Notes: a model not told the origin generated them from the sequence alone. Counted from the first letter of the stretch, positions 28,353-38,190 are shown. The stretch is 64,000 bases of DNA from an archaeon (GCA_043814545.1 JBDRJY010000014.1:7617-71616); one strand, 5' to 3'. Program-made: numbers and translations.

Positions 28353-28909
28353 GCTTGCGTTGCTGTAAATGTTACAGTTGAACTTTTTAATCCGGCTGGT
28401 TCAGCATTAGGAATTGTGACCCCTATATCAACTTCAACTTGATCTCCAGTATCGGTAAAGGGAAGATCTGCAATTATTAAAATAGGATTACCGCTTGATG
28501 ACATGTTTGTTAAATTTACAATTGATCCAGTAGGACAACTAATTTCTCCACTACCGCAGGCGAATTGATAAGAGCTATTTGGATTTGGAGCTGTTGTAAA
28601 TATATCAGTTGCTTGAATTGTGACATTTACATTTACAGTCCCATCATTTTGTAATTGAAACGGCGCCGGACTATCATTAAGAGTATCATTATTGACATTG
28701 TTATCCATTGGTCCAAAATCGATAGAAGCGAGTGGTAACGAAATATAAGTTGTTGCAGTTACAGTAACATTTGCTACACCTGTAGGTGTAGAGGTTTGCG
28801 CTCCTGTAATAAGAGAAATACTTTCTTTATTTGATATAAGAACACAACTTCCAATAGTTAGCAGGAGCATGATAAAAATAAAAAATTTGAGTTTTAAGTT
28901 AATTTTCAT
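28349..28909 (-). CDS. Small secreted Thr/Asn-rich protein, paralog family member 2
   Basis: Signal peptide present. The C-terminus NAEPAGLKSSTVTFTATQA is shared. A 4-nt overlap with the downstream gene indicates translational coupling. Confidence 0.5.
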   Translation of the reverse strand: MKINLKLKFFIFIMLLLTIGSCVLISNKESISLITGAQTSTPTGVANVTVTATTYISLPLASIDFGPMDNNVNNDTLNDSPAPFQLQNDGTVNVNVTIQATDIFTTAPNPNSSYQFACGSGEISCPTGSIVNLTNMSSSGNPILIIADLPFTDTGDQVEVDIGVTIPNAEPAGLKSSTVTFTATQA

Positions 28910-29153
28910 TTAATACCTCCTCAAATTTGATGGCGTCATTTTTTGTTTCAAAGTTATTTGATGTTTGAGGATTAACATATAATTGTACCTTGCCAGAATT
29001 TGTAGTATCTGAAGACCTAACATTTGTTTGATTAGAAACCAACCCCAAAATTAAAATAATTACTAAAAATAAGATTAGAAGAACTAAAACTTTTTTATTT
29101 ATTTGCATCCCCCTTTTACCCCCTTTATTTTTAAGATTAAATATAGCTTTCAC
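28899..29153 (-). CDS. Small membrane-anchored protein (about 70-84 aa)
   Basis: MQINKKVLVLLILFLVIILILGLV is an N-terminal TM followed by a short polar tail. Confidence 0.35.
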   Translation of the reverse strand: MKAIFNLKNKGGKRGMQINKKVLVLLILFLVIILILGLVSNQTNVRSSDTTNSGKVQLYVNPQTSNNFETKNDAIKFEEVLNEN

Positions 29154-29201
29154 GCATTTAAAGGTATAGATTAATTTTCAAACTGAATCATCATTAAGAA
29201 G

Positions 29202-29690
29202 TTAAAGTTTTAAACTTATTAGTTCAAAAAAGGAATCAAATATAGTCTTTCTTTTCCAAACAATTTTATTTTTTCCATCATAATATTGGCTGGTAGTAAT
29301 GCTATTATTAGGAATATTTAATATATATTTAACAGTTTGACTTTTGCCTGGTTCAAGATAAAATACAATTTTGTTCTTATAACTTAATTCATCTATATTA
29401 TAAGTTAGCCACTCTGCCATAGGCCTATCACTTGTAATTATAATTTTCATTGGATATGGATAAAGGTTATTAAAATGCATATTCCGATAAGCACTTAACG
29501 AATTTATAGGGATGTTTCCAAAATGCAGTTTATTTTCATCAAGATTTAAACTAATATGGTCATCTTCTACAATATTAACATCCATGGGGTAATATATTGT
29601 TTCTTCAATTAGAACTTTGAAGTTTAAAATTAACGCAGTACCCAAACCAATTATAAAAATTATTACGAAAATTAAAATGATTTTTTTCAT
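29202..29690 (-). CDS. N-terminally membrane-anchored protein (162 aa)
   Basis: MKKIILIFVIIFIIGLGTALIL followed by a soluble domain. Sits in the operon. Confidence 0.4.
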   Translation of the reverse strand: MKKIILIFVIIFIIGLGTALILNFKVLIEETIYYPMDVNIVEDDHISLNLDENKLHFGNIPINSLSAYRNMHFNNLYPYPMKIIITSDRPMAEWLTYNIDELSYKNKIVFYLEPGKSQTVKYILNIPNNSITTSQYYDGKNKIVWKRKTIFDSFFELISLKL

Positions 29691-29694
29691 GATT

Positions 29695-30846
29695 TCACCT
29701 TTTCTTTCTTAGTAGGACAATAAGGAGGATTAGTGTTATTAAAAGTAGCCCGCTTGATGCAATCAAAGCTACCACTATCCAATCTTGGTTTTCAAAAATA
29801 AGATTATTTCCTTGATATTCCTCAACCTTGACTTCAAATTCACTTACTGTTTCTATCTCATCATAAGACAATTTTATTTTCAAAGTATAATTGCCAGGCA
29901 TTATATCATTTAAATCTAAACTTAAAGACAAATCTTTTTCACTAATAGCATTAAAAATAAATGAGTTAAGATTTGTTTTTGTTATCAAAGAAGATTCATC
30001 ATATAACCCAACTTCAATTTCAACATCTAAATCTTCAATCCAATAATTAAATGTTTTTAACGTAATAGTATTGATAACTTGACTATTTAATTTTTTTGGT
30101 ACGAGATCTAAAATTTCAATTTCTTTTTTTGCAATAATAAAATTTGCAATGTTTGAGGAACTTTCTTCCTTATCGTATTCTGTATATAAAACTAAATTAT
30201 AAAGGCCCAGATCCATAGCAGTTGTATCGGTTGACACTAATACGGATTCACTTGAATCAGGAAATAAATAATTCAAAGATTCAATTTCAACTTTTTTATT
30301 AAAACCTTCATCATTTGTTATTTGAAAATAACCGTCTACTGTGTTAATAACTTCTGTACCTATGTTACTGATTGTAGCTTTTAGTTCTGCAAAATCTCCT
30401 ACATTTTCAATTACCACTTCATCTATTTCTATTTTCAAAAATTTATCCGGATAAGGTGCATTAGTTGTAATAGGTATTTTCAGCGCTACAGTTGCGCCGA
30501 TATCTCCACTTGATCCAAATGGGACTAGATAAAATTTAATTAAAGCAATCTGCACGTCCCCAAATTCATTAAGTTCAGGTATAGTTAAACTGAAATCTAC
30601 ATCTTCACTTTCATAAGCTCCAACAAGAATTTTATCTGATGGAAAATTAAAGTATTCTTCATAATCGCTTTCAAGGGTAATTTCAATTATACTTTCTACT
30701 GCTAATTCATTTGTAACTGTTAGCGTAAACTCTTCTATTTCTCCTGGAGCATATCCTATGTTTATTTTTGCAGGATTAATTAACAGTGCATTTACAGAAA
30801 TAGATAAAATGGCTAAAAATAATATTATTATAATAATTTTTTTCAT
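29695..30846 (-). CDS. Cell-surface protein with CARDB/DUF11-like repeats, signal peptide and C-terminal TM anchor with basic tail
   Basis: Signal peptide present. ISNIGTEVINTVDGYFQITNDEG NxG motifs. C-terminal IVVALIASSGLLLITLILLIVLLRKKR. Confidence 0.5.
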   Translation of the reverse strand: MKKIIIIILFLAILSISVNALLINPAKINIGYAPGEIEEFTLTVTNELAVESIIEITLESDYEEYFNFPSDKILVGAYESEDVDFSLTIPELNEFGDVQIALIKFYLVPFGSSGDIGATVALKIPITTNAPYPDKFLKIEIDEVVIENVGDFAELKATISNIGTEVINTVDGYFQITNDEGFNKKVEIESLNYLFPDSSESVLVSTDTTAMDLGLYNLVLYTEYDKEESSSNIANFIIAKKEIEILDLVPKKLNSQVINTITLKTFNYWIEDLDVEIEVGLYDESSLITKTNLNSFIFNAISEKDLSLSLDLNDIMPGNYTLKIKLSYDEIETVSEFEVKVEEYQGNNLIFENQDWIVVALIASSGLLLITLILLIVLLRKKR

Positions 30847-30868
30847 CTTTTACCTCTTTTATAATAAA

Positions 30869-31426
30869 TTATGTTAAAGTACGTTGCAGATTATCATATC
30901 TATTAAATTTCACTCTTGAAATTTTGTTTTTAAGATTATCAATCATAAAATGAAATAACTCCGAAGGGTTATTTTTGATTAAACTAGTGTGGGAAAAAGT
31001 AAATAGTTCTTGAGTTTCGATAAAATTATGAAGATTTTGTTTTTGTTTTTCAGAATGAAAAAATTTGTCTAATTCTGGCAAATTTTTAAAACCATAGAGC
31101 AATATATGACTTGAACTACCTTTTGGAATGCGGTAAATATTGATAATTTGTGGAACTTGTAATAATTTTTTCTCAATTTCAACTTGTCCTTCCTTTTTTC
31201 CTTCATTTGTTAATTTAGTTATTGCTAAAGCAAAAGTTTCGATTCCTAATTTTGCATAATTTAAATTTAAAGTGTATGAATCTATAATTATACATTCTAA
31301 TTTTCTTCTAATTTTACCAACAGCGACACTTGAAATAGCTAATTTTGATGCAATTTCACTATCAGAAATTCTCGAATTTTCAAGTAATAATTTTAAAGTT
31401 CTTTTTTCATTTTTAGTTAACTTCAT
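30869..31426 (-). CDS. Transcriptional regulator with Lrp/AsnC-type N-terminal HTH; first gene of the surface-protein operon
   Basis: MKLTKNEKRTLKLLLENSRISDSEIASKLAISSVAVGKIRRKLE matches the AsnC-type HTH. The C-terminal domain of about 130 aa is unassigned. Confidence 0.55.
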   Translation of the reverse strand: MKLTKNEKRTLKLLLENSRISDSEIASKLAISSVAVGKIRRKLECIIIDSYTLNLNYAKLGIETFALAITKLTNEGKKEGQVEIEKKLLQVPQIINIYRIPKGSSSHILLYGFKNLPELDKFFHSEKQKQNLHNFIETQELFTFSHTSLIKNNPSELFHFMIDNLKNKISRVKFNRYDNLQRTLT

Positions 31427-31597
31427 TGTGCGAGGCCTTTAACTTATTAATCAAATAGGCTATTATAGTTTATAAATCTAACGTTTATTTTTTTAACTTT
31501 TCTTTAACCATTTTGTTTTACATTTAAGCCACGACTTTAAATCTATGGAAGATTGTATCAGTTTTTAAATTAATTTAAGTAAAGGGGGTAAAAAAAC

Positions 31598-32209
31598 TTG
31601 AAAAAAAAATTTGTATTGGTCTCTTTATTATTGGTGACCTTTTTGTGTGCTGTTACAAATGTAATGGCAGCAACAGATGACGCAACTATAACATTAACTC
31701 AGGCAGGTTCAGCTGGAATCACCTTACCAGTTAGTGTTTTAGGATTTGGTAGTGGGTATTATAACGCAAGTTGTACCGTGGATTATTCAGAACTGGATTC
31801 TTTTAGTAAGAATAGTGCATGTTGGATAAATACTACGGATTTCTTGGCTACGGATACTTACCATGTTATTGAAAATAGTGGTAGTTCAGTTTTGAATATT
31901 ACAGCAGATACAGATAAGTTTAACGCTGAAAATTTATTCTGTAGTGGTGTAACTTGTCCTGGTACAACGTCTGCAGAAATTGCGATACAATCGCAGCAGA
32001 ACGAAACAGGATCCTGTAACACGGCTTTAACGACTCCATACGAAAAAATACTGGATGATACAAAAGAGTATCCTACCGGCCTTTGTGATGAATTAAATTT
32101 CCAAGACAGTAAAGATACAATAAGGGTTTACTACAGGTTTAGAGTACCAATAGATGCGCATGCAGGTGCGAAAACATTGACTGTGACCTACGAAGGTATT
32201 GCCGTATAA
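31598..32209 (+). CDS. Small secreted Thr-rich protein, paralog family member 3 (TTG start)
   Basis: A GGGGGT SD lies 7 nt before the TTG start. Signal peptide MKKKFVLVSLLLVTFLCAVTNVMA. The C-terminus ...HAGAKTLTVTYEGIAV is related to the 27762 and 28349 C-termini. Confidence 0.5.
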   Translation: MKKKFVLVSLLLVTFLCAVTNVMAATDDATITLTQAGSAGITLPVSVLGFGSGYYNASCTVDYSELDSFSKNSACWINTTDFLATDTYHVIENSGSSVLNITADTDKFNAENLFCSGVTCPGTTSAEIAIQSQQNETGSCNTALTTPYEKILDDTKEYPTGLCDELNFQDSKDTIRVYYRFRVPIDAHAGAKTLTVTYEGIAV

Positions 32210-32242
32210 GAGAAAGATAATCTGTATAAGAGAATAAAACAA

Positions 32243-32271
32243 TTTTTTTTTTTTAAGTTTCAATTTTTTTT
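32243..32271 (+). terminator. Oligo-T tract (12 T then 7 T), archaeal-style intrinsic terminator after the 31598-32209 gene
   Basis: aatttttttttttttaagtttcaatttttttt lies 34 nt after the stop codon. Confidence 0.4.
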
Positions 32272-32459
32272 AAATTTTCAGATTCTTTTTTAGGTGGTTC
32301 AACTATTGTTACTCCAACAATGCCAGAACCGCTTTGAGATATGGAAACTTCCTTCATACCCATATTTTCTATACTAGAAAGAATAAAAATACTCCCTAAA
32401 GCAATAGTAATTAATAAGAAAAAAATTAAGACTAAAATTAAAAGATTTTTTCCTTTCAT
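32253..32459 (-). CDS. Small single-TM protein (68 aa)
   Basis: MKGKNLLILVLIFFLLITIALGSIFIL hydrophobic N-terminus. No homology recognised. Confidence 0.3.
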   Translation of the reverse strand: MKGKNLLILVLIFFLLITIALGSIFILSSIENMGMKEVSISQSGSGIVGVTIVEPPKKESENLKKIET

Positions 32460-32500
32460 CCAAATTTATTACTGTTTAGAAAATTTAAATATCTTTTGTT

Positions 32501-32947
32501 TTAAATCTTAAGTTGCCTTTCTTTAGGAACCATATTATGGATTTTACCATCTTTTAACCGACCACACCCAAAAATATCTTTATCATGTTGAATTAGTACA
32601 TAAGGTCCTTCCTCTTTAGTCTTAGATTCAATATCTTCGCCTTTCATCCACTCTTCAATTTCCTTAGAATTTAATGAAACAATATTTTTTTTAGCTTTAA
32701 TCATTTGTGAACCTTCAATGCTAGGACGAAACCCATTTTTCTCTAGCTTACCAAAATACATACCAATACGATTAGTTTTCATTTTTTCCAATTCAATTTG
32801 ATCCAAAGCTTTAGATATAAGAAAAATTTTATCTTTATTGTTTTTTAGAAAACCAAGATCTAACTTTTCTTTAATACCAAACTGTTCTTCAATCTGTTTA
32901 TAGATTTTTTTCACATCACGAGTGTTAAGGATTTGATAATTTCGCAT
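32501..32947 (-). CDS. Hypothetical protein, possibly PUA-domain / Nip7-like
   Basis: 148 aa. The C-terminal GPYVLIQHDKDIFGCGRLKDGKI segment is reminiscent of a PUA fold. Weak evidence. Confidence 0.3.
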   Translation of the reverse strand: MRNYQILNTRDVKKIYKQIEEQFGIKEKLDLGFLKNNKDKIFLISKALDQIELEKMKTNRIGMYFGKLEKNGFRPSIEGSQMIKAKKNIVSLNSKEIEEWMKGEDIESKTKEEGPYVLIQHDKDIFGCGRLKDGKIHNMVPKERQLKI

Positions 32948-32979
32948 ATGAAAAAAGGAAGAAAAGAAGTTAATAAACT

Positions 32980-33711
32980 TTACTCTACAGTATAATAAAC
33001 TCTTCGCCGATCTTTACCTTTATTATCAGATTTTAAACCAACTATTTTACCAATTTCTTCAATATTCTTAACATGGGTACCACCGCAAGCTTCTTTTGCA
33101 AAACCTTTAATGTCAACGATGCGAACGTCTTTAATATCTTCAGAAAAACCTTTGGCTAAGGTAGTAAATTTATCGCCTAAGATTTGTTTAGCTTCTTCTA
33201 AAGGAACTAAAGTTAGAGTAACAGATAATTTTTTAGCAATAACTTCGTTAGCTTTCTCTACATACTCTTTAAATTTTTCTTTATCATAATTTTCTAAAGA
33301 GAAATCAATACGTGATTTTTCTAAACCTAACTGGTTACCAGTAATTTTAGCGCCAGTTTCTTTTAATATTACGTTAGCTAGAATATGTGCAGCAGTGTGC
33401 AGCCTCATAAACATATGTCTGCGTTCCCAATCAATTTTTCCGGTAACTTCGTCACCTTCATTAAGACCTTCATCAACTTCATGACTGATATTGTCGCCAA
33501 ATTTTCCAACAAAAACAACTTTAAACTCTTTATCATCAGATTTACGTACTAGGACACCAGTGTCATACGGCTGACCGCCAGAGTTAGGGTAAAAAGCAGT
33601 TTTATCTAAGACAACAAACTTACCATTGGTTACAGTTACAACTTTTGCGTCAAATTCTTTCAAATAACACTCAAGTAAATATAAAGCAGGATTCATTTTT
33701 ATTTTATTCAC
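32980..33711 (-). CDS. alaX: Alanyl-tRNA editing protein AlaX-M (Ser/Gly-tRNA(Ala) hydrolase)
   Basis: HTAAHIL zinc motif (HxxxH) and CGGTHV motif. The length of about 240 aa is typical of AlaX-M. Confidence 0.8.
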   Translation of the reverse strand: MNKIKMNPALYLLECYLKEFDAKVVTVTNGKFVVLDKTAFYPNSGGQPYDTGVLVRKSDDKEFKVVFVGKFGDNISHEVDEGLNEGDEVTGKIDWERRHMFMRLHTAAHILANVILKETGAKITGNQLGLEKSRIDFSLENYDKEKFKEYVEKANEVIAKKLSVTLTLVPLEEAKQILGDKFTTLAKGFSEDIKDVRIVDIKGFAKEACGGTHVKNIEEIGKIVGLKSDNKGKDRRRVYYTVE

Positions 33712-33741
33712 GATACTTTTATATATATACTTTTCTTTTCT

Positions 33742-35424
33742 TTGGCTGTTATGGAAGACAAGATTAGAGCTTTAGCATTAGAAAATGCTGTAAAATTTAA
33801 AGGTAAAGCTAATCCTAAATCAATCATGGGCCAAATTCTATCACAGGATAAAAATGTTAATCCTGGCGACGTTGCTAAAGAAGTTAACAGAATTGTAAAC
33901 GAAGTTAATTCTCTTTCATTAGATGAACAAAAGAAAGAATTAGATAATTTGGATCCTAAACTATTAGAGAAAAAGCAAAGGGAAGTTAAGGAAGGTTTAA
34001 AGGAGTTGAATAATGTTAAAGGCAAAGTTATAATGCGGTTTGAACCATCGCCTTCAGGACCGTTACATGTTGGTCATGCTTATACTGGCTGTTTAAATTC
34101 TGAATATGTTAATAAATATAAGGGCAAATTCATTCTAAGAATAGCTGACACTAACGCTGAAAACATTTATGTTCCCGCTTACAAATTGATTGAAGAAGAT
34201 GGCAACTGGTTGTTTGGTAATGTATCAGAACTTATAATCCAGTCAGATCACATGGACATTTATTATGAATACGCTGAAAAACTTTTTGATTTAGGTGTAG
34301 TATACGTTTGTGAATGTTCTGGCGATAAATTTAGAGAATATTCTAAAGAAAAAAAAGATTGTCCCTGTAGAAATTTATCTATTCAAGAACATACAAAACG
34401 TTGGAAAAAAATGTTTAAGGGTTATGAACAAGGTGAAGCAGTTGTAAGGTTTAAGACAGACATGCAACATAAAAATCCTGCAATGCGTGATTTTCCGTTG
34501 TTAAGAATCAAAGACGTTAAACATCCTAGGCAAAAAGATAAGTATAGAGTTTGGCCGTTGATGATATTTTCAGTTGCAATTGACGATGTTAACTCGAAAA
34601 TGACTCATATTATTCGGGCAAAAGATCATGCTGATAACGCAAAAAAGCAAGAATACATTTTCAAAGCTTTAAAATTTCCAATCCCTGAAACAGTTTTCGT
34701 TGGAAGAATTAATTTTGAAGGTTTTGAAGTTTCATGTTCTAAAACTAGAAAGAAAATTGAAGAAGGTTTGTACGACGGTTGGGACGATATTCGGTTACCG
34801 TTCATGCCAGCGTTAAGACGTCGCGGTTACAAAGCAGAAGCTTTCAAAAAATATGCAATTGCCGTCGGGGCGACACTTGCAGATAAATCTGTTTCAAAAG
34901 ACGATTTTTTTAAAAGTATTAACGCCTTTAACAAAGATGTAATTGATCCAGTATCACACAGGTATTTCTTTGTTGAGGATCCTAAAAAAATATTTGTAAA
35001 AAACGCACCACCTCAGAATTTAGAACTGGATTTACACCCTGATAATAAAAAAGGCGGTAGAATCTTTAAAACTCAGGAAGAATTTTTAATAACTAAACAA
35101 GATTATGAAGAATTAAAAGACAAAGTAATTAATCGTCTTATGGATTGTTTAAATTTTATAAAAATCGGCGACGATTTTAAGTTTCATTCGCAAGAATATG
35201 AAAAGTATAAAGGTTCTAAAGGCAAAATTATACATTGGGTGCCAATAGAAAAAAATGTTCAGGTAGAAATTCTTATGCCGGACAACACAATTAAGTCTGG
35301 TGTAGCTGAACAAGGTATAAGAAAACTTAAAGAAGGAGAAATCATACAATTTGAAAGATTCGGCTTTTGCAGGTTGGACAAAAATGAAAAAAATCTTTAT
35401 AAATTTTGGTTTGCACATAAATGA
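33742..35424 (+). CDS. gltX: Glutamate--tRNA ligase (archaeal type)
   Basis: MRFEPSPSGPLHVGHAY (HIGH region). The 560-aa length with an archaeal-type anticodon-binding C-terminus is consistent with archaeal GluRS. Confidence 0.85.
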   Translation: MAVMEDKIRALALENAVKFKGKANPKSIMGQILSQDKNVNPGDVAKEVNRIVNEVNSLSLDEQKKELDNLDPKLLEKKQREVKEGLKELNNVKGKVIMRFEPSPSGPLHVGHAYTGCLNSEYVNKYKGKFILRIADTNAENIYVPAYKLIEEDGNWLFGNVSELIIQSDHMDIYYEYAEKLFDLGVVYVCECSGDKFREYSKEKKDCPCRNLSIQEHTKRWKKMFKGYEQGEAVVRFKTDMQHKNPAMRDFPLLRIKDVKHPRQKDKYRVWPLMIFSVAIDDVNSKMTHIIRAKDHADNAKKQEYIFKALKFPIPETVFVGRINFEGFEVSCSKTRKKIEEGLYDGWDDIRLPFMPALRRRGYKAEAFKKYAIAVGATLADKSVSKDDFFKSINAFNKDVIDPVSHRYFFVEDPKKIFVKNAPPQNLELDLHPDNKKGGRIFKTQEEFLITKQDYEELKDKVINRLMDCLNFIKIGDDFKFHSQEYEKYKGSKGKIIHWVPIEKNVQVEILMPDNTIKSGVAEQGIRKLKEGEIIQFERFGFCRLDKNEKNLYKFWFAHK

Positions 35425-36002
35425 AAATAACAACTTCTAAAATTGAGATAAGAGATCTAGGAAAAGCTTGGCTAGTTTTATCTTTAGCTTTTGCAATAGT
35501 GTTTACAAGAGATCTAGTTTTAAGTTTATTATTAAAAAATTTTGTAATAGCATTAATAACTGTTGGTGCAGGTTTTATTTTACACGAGTTAGGTCACAAA
35601 TTTGTTGCACAATATTATGGTTGTACAGCAGAATTTCGAGCTTTTAACCAAATGCTTTTATTAGCTTTAGTTTTATCATTTTTCGGCTTAATCTTTGCAG
35701 CACCTGGTGCAGTTATGATTAGAGGACATTTAAGCTTGGCAAGAAACGGTAAAATCTCTTTAGCAGGACCGTTAACAAATTTTATCCTAGCTACGTTATT
35801 TTTCGCTTTAGCTTACTTTACAACCGGTTTTGTATTTGAAATAGGTCGCATAGGCTTTTTAATTAACACATGGCTAGGATTGTTTAACATGATTCCGGTA
35901 TGGAACCTTGATGGTAAAAAGATTTACAACTGGGACAAAACTATATACTTTATTGTTGTAATAGTTGGTTTTACGTTTTTATTCCTTGGAACATCCTTAT
36001 AA
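35421..36002 (+). CDS. Site-2 protease family (M50) intramembrane zinc metalloprotease, short form
   Basis: HELGHKF (HExxH) lies in a TM helix. The NLDGKKI (LDG) motif is in a later helix. There are 4-6 TM segments. Confidence 0.6.
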   Translation: MKITTSKIEIRDLGKAWLVLSLAFAIVFTRDLVLSLLLKNFVIALITVGAGFILHELGHKFVAQYYGCTAEFRAFNQMLLLALVLSFFGLIFAAPGAVMIRGHLSLARNGKISLAGPLTNFILATLFFALAYFTTGFVFEIGRIGFLINTWLGLFNMIPVWNLDGKKIYNWDKTIYFIVVIVGFTFLFLGTSL

Positions 36003-36041
36003 AAAACTATATAAACCAAAAAATCTATTCTATATATACAT

Positions 36042-37721
36042 ATGTGGTTTAAAAAAAAGCTTAACAGTATGAAACGGTTAAAACAAATTGTTGAAGTTTT
36101 ATTTTCTAAAGAATTAGGTTTTGTAATTGAACGTTTAAAGCTTAAAACCCATCTTACATTATCAAAAAAGATCCAGCAAAGTAAGTTTAAGAATAAACCG
36201 AAATCCATGTCTATAACATTACGGCAAGTCATGGAAGAGTTAGGTGCAACTTTTGTTAAACTGGGACAATTGTTAAGTTTAAGGACGGATTTTTTGCCGA
36301 AAGAATATTGTGAAGAGTTTGCAAAGTTACAGGACGACGTTTTGCCGTTTGAATATTCTCAAGTAAAAAAAATTGTTGAAAAAGAGTTTGGCAAACCAAT
36401 AATAAAAATATTTAAAGAATTTGAAAAAATTCCTATTGCTTCAGCTTCAGTAGGTCAAGTCCATAGAGCTAAATTAAAAAATGGTAAAGTTGTAGCAGTA
36501 AAAGTTCAAAGGCCAGGCATACAAAATACATTTCAGACGGATATTGAACTTTTATTTGAGTTGGCAAAGTTAGCTGAAAATTATATGGATGAGTTAAAAC
36601 AGTATGATTTGAAAAATATTGTTGAAGAGTTTGAACGTTATACGAGGAAAGAGTTAGATTATAAGCTTGAAGGTAAAAACATTGACACATTTTACGCAGT
36701 TTATAAATATAATAAATATATCAAGATTCCAAAAGTATATTGGGATTATACGACGTCAAAAGTTCTTACAATGGAATTTATGGAAGGCGTTAAGATTAGC
36801 GAAATTAAAAGTTTTGAAAAATTAAAAAGTAATAGAAAAACAATTTGTAAATTATTAACACAAGCTTTCATTGTGCAAACATTAGAGTATGGTGTGTTCC
36901 ACGCCGACCCACATCCTGGCAATATTTTCGTACAAAAGAATAACCAGATTGCGTTATTAGATTTTGGTATCATTGGCAGGTTAACTCCTGACATGAAAGA
37001 ATCTTTAGGAAAAATCTTTATAGGTTTAATTAAACACGACCTTGACACTTTAACCCAGGGCTTTTTAGACGTAGGCATGGTTGAAGGTGATATTGATATT
37101 AAACGGTTTAAGGAAGACCTTTACGAAAGTTTATCCTATTATTATAACATTTCTTTAAAACAAACTAATATGGGTAATTTCTTTTATGATGTTTTCGCAT
37201 TAGCAAGAAGGTATAACATGAAATTTCCAACTAATTTCGTTTTACTGATTAAAGCTATGGTTACGACGGAAGGTTTTTGTAAAAAATTAGATCCAAACTT
37301 TAACTTTGTCCAAGTTTCAAGAAGTTATGCTGAAGATTTGGTAAGTAAACGTAAAGCGCCTGGTTATTTGTTAAAATCAGTTAAAAGAACAGCTTTAGGG
37401 TTCAAGGATGTTATGCAAAATCTGCCACAAGATATACGTAAAATTACAACGATGATCCAGAAAGGTACGTTAGTTAATGTTGACATTAACAATGAAGATA
37501 TTAAACGTTTTACAATTGAAATGGACAGGTCTAGCAATAGGTTAACATTTGGTTTGATTATTGCAGCTTTGATTGTAGCAGCATCGTTAATAACTTTAAC
37601 AAATATGCCCCCATTTTTGTTAGGCTTACCATTTCTATCATGGTTTGCTTTAGGATTGGTAGGTATTTTATCATTATTATTAATTTTTTCCATATTACGG
37701 GAAAATAAAGGAGGTGAATAA
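36042..37721 (+). CDS. UbiB/ABC1 (aarF domain) atypical protein kinase with C-terminal TM segments
   Basis: LGATFVKLGQLLSLRTDFLP, IASASVGQVHRAKL and FHADPHPGNIFV are present. C-terminal hydrophobic helices. Confidence 0.8.
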   Translation: MWFKKKLNSMKRLKQIVEVLFSKELGFVIERLKLKTHLTLSKKIQQSKFKNKPKSMSITLRQVMEELGATFVKLGQLLSLRTDFLPKEYCEEFAKLQDDVLPFEYSQVKKIVEKEFGKPIIKIFKEFEKIPIASASVGQVHRAKLKNGKVVAVKVQRPGIQNTFQTDIELLFELAKLAENYMDELKQYDLKNIVEEFERYTRKELDYKLEGKNIDTFYAVYKYNKYIKIPKVYWDYTTSKVLTMEFMEGVKISEIKSFEKLKSNRKTICKLLTQAFIVQTLEYGVFHADPHPGNIFVQKNNQIALLDFGIIGRLTPDMKESLGKIFIGLIKHDLDTLTQGFLDVGMVEGDIDIKRFKEDLYESLSYYYNISLKQTNMGNFFYDVFALARRYNMKFPTNFVLLIKAMVTTEGFCKKLDPNFNFVQVSRSYAEDLVSKRKAPGYLLKSVKRTALGFKDVMQNLPQDIRKITTMIQKGTLVNVDINNEDIKRFTIEMDRSSNRLTFGLIIAALIVAASLITLTNMPPFLLGLPFLSWFALGLVGILSLLLIFSILRENKGGE

Positions 37722-38168
37722 ATGGATAAGATAAGAAAAACTTTACTTGTTGGTTTAGGTGCAGGTATAGTGGCAAAGGAAAAGACTGAACGTATTGCAA
37801 AGAAGTTTCTTTGTAAAGGAATGGCTAAAAGAAAAACAGCTACACGTATGGTAAGGAAAGCTATCTCTAAAGGTCTTCAAGAAGAGCAAAAGTTTGAGAA
37901 GGGTTTAAAGATGGGTGTAAGTGTTTTACGTAAAGCTTCAAAGAAAGCAGGTGTTGAAAGAAAAACTAAAAAAGTTGTTAAAGAAGCTGCCATAATTTCC
38001 AAGGAAGGTGCTAAGAAAGCTATTAAAATTTCCAAGGAAGGTGCAAAGAGAGCTAGAACAGTTGTAAAGAAAACTATCAAGCAAAAACCTGTTAAGAGAA
38101 AAAAGCCAGCAAAAACAACACGTAAAAAAACAGTCAAACGTAAAGCTCCTCGGAAAAAAAGAAAATAA
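37722..38168 (+). CDS. Highly basic Lys/Ala-rich protein (histone H1-tail-like / nucleic-acid-binding?)
   Basis: 148 aa. After a short hydrophobic N-terminus (TLLVGLGAGIVA) the rest is K/A/R-rich with repeated KEGAKKAIKISKEGAKRA and a C-terminal KRKKPAKTTRKKTVKRKAPRKKRK. Confidence 0.5.
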   Translation: MDKIRKTLLVGLGAGIVAKEKTERIAKKFLCKGMAKRKTATRMVRKAISKGLQEEQKFEKGLKMGVSVLRKASKKAGVERKTKKVVKEAAIISKEGAKKAIKISKEGAKRARTVVKKTIKQKPVKRKKPAKTTRKKTVKRKAPRKKRK

Positions 38169-38190
38169 AATTTTTTAAAAAGGTGTTTTA

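Noticed and set aside
36469-38137. Antisense ORFs within the UbiB kinase gene and the K/A-rich protein gene (36469-36690, 36746-37078, 37364-37693, 37558-37800 and 37877-38137)
   Set aside because: These are shadow ORFs. The sense strand has clear kinase motifs, and the antisense of the Lys/Ala-rich gene naturally yields Phe/Leu-rich junk.
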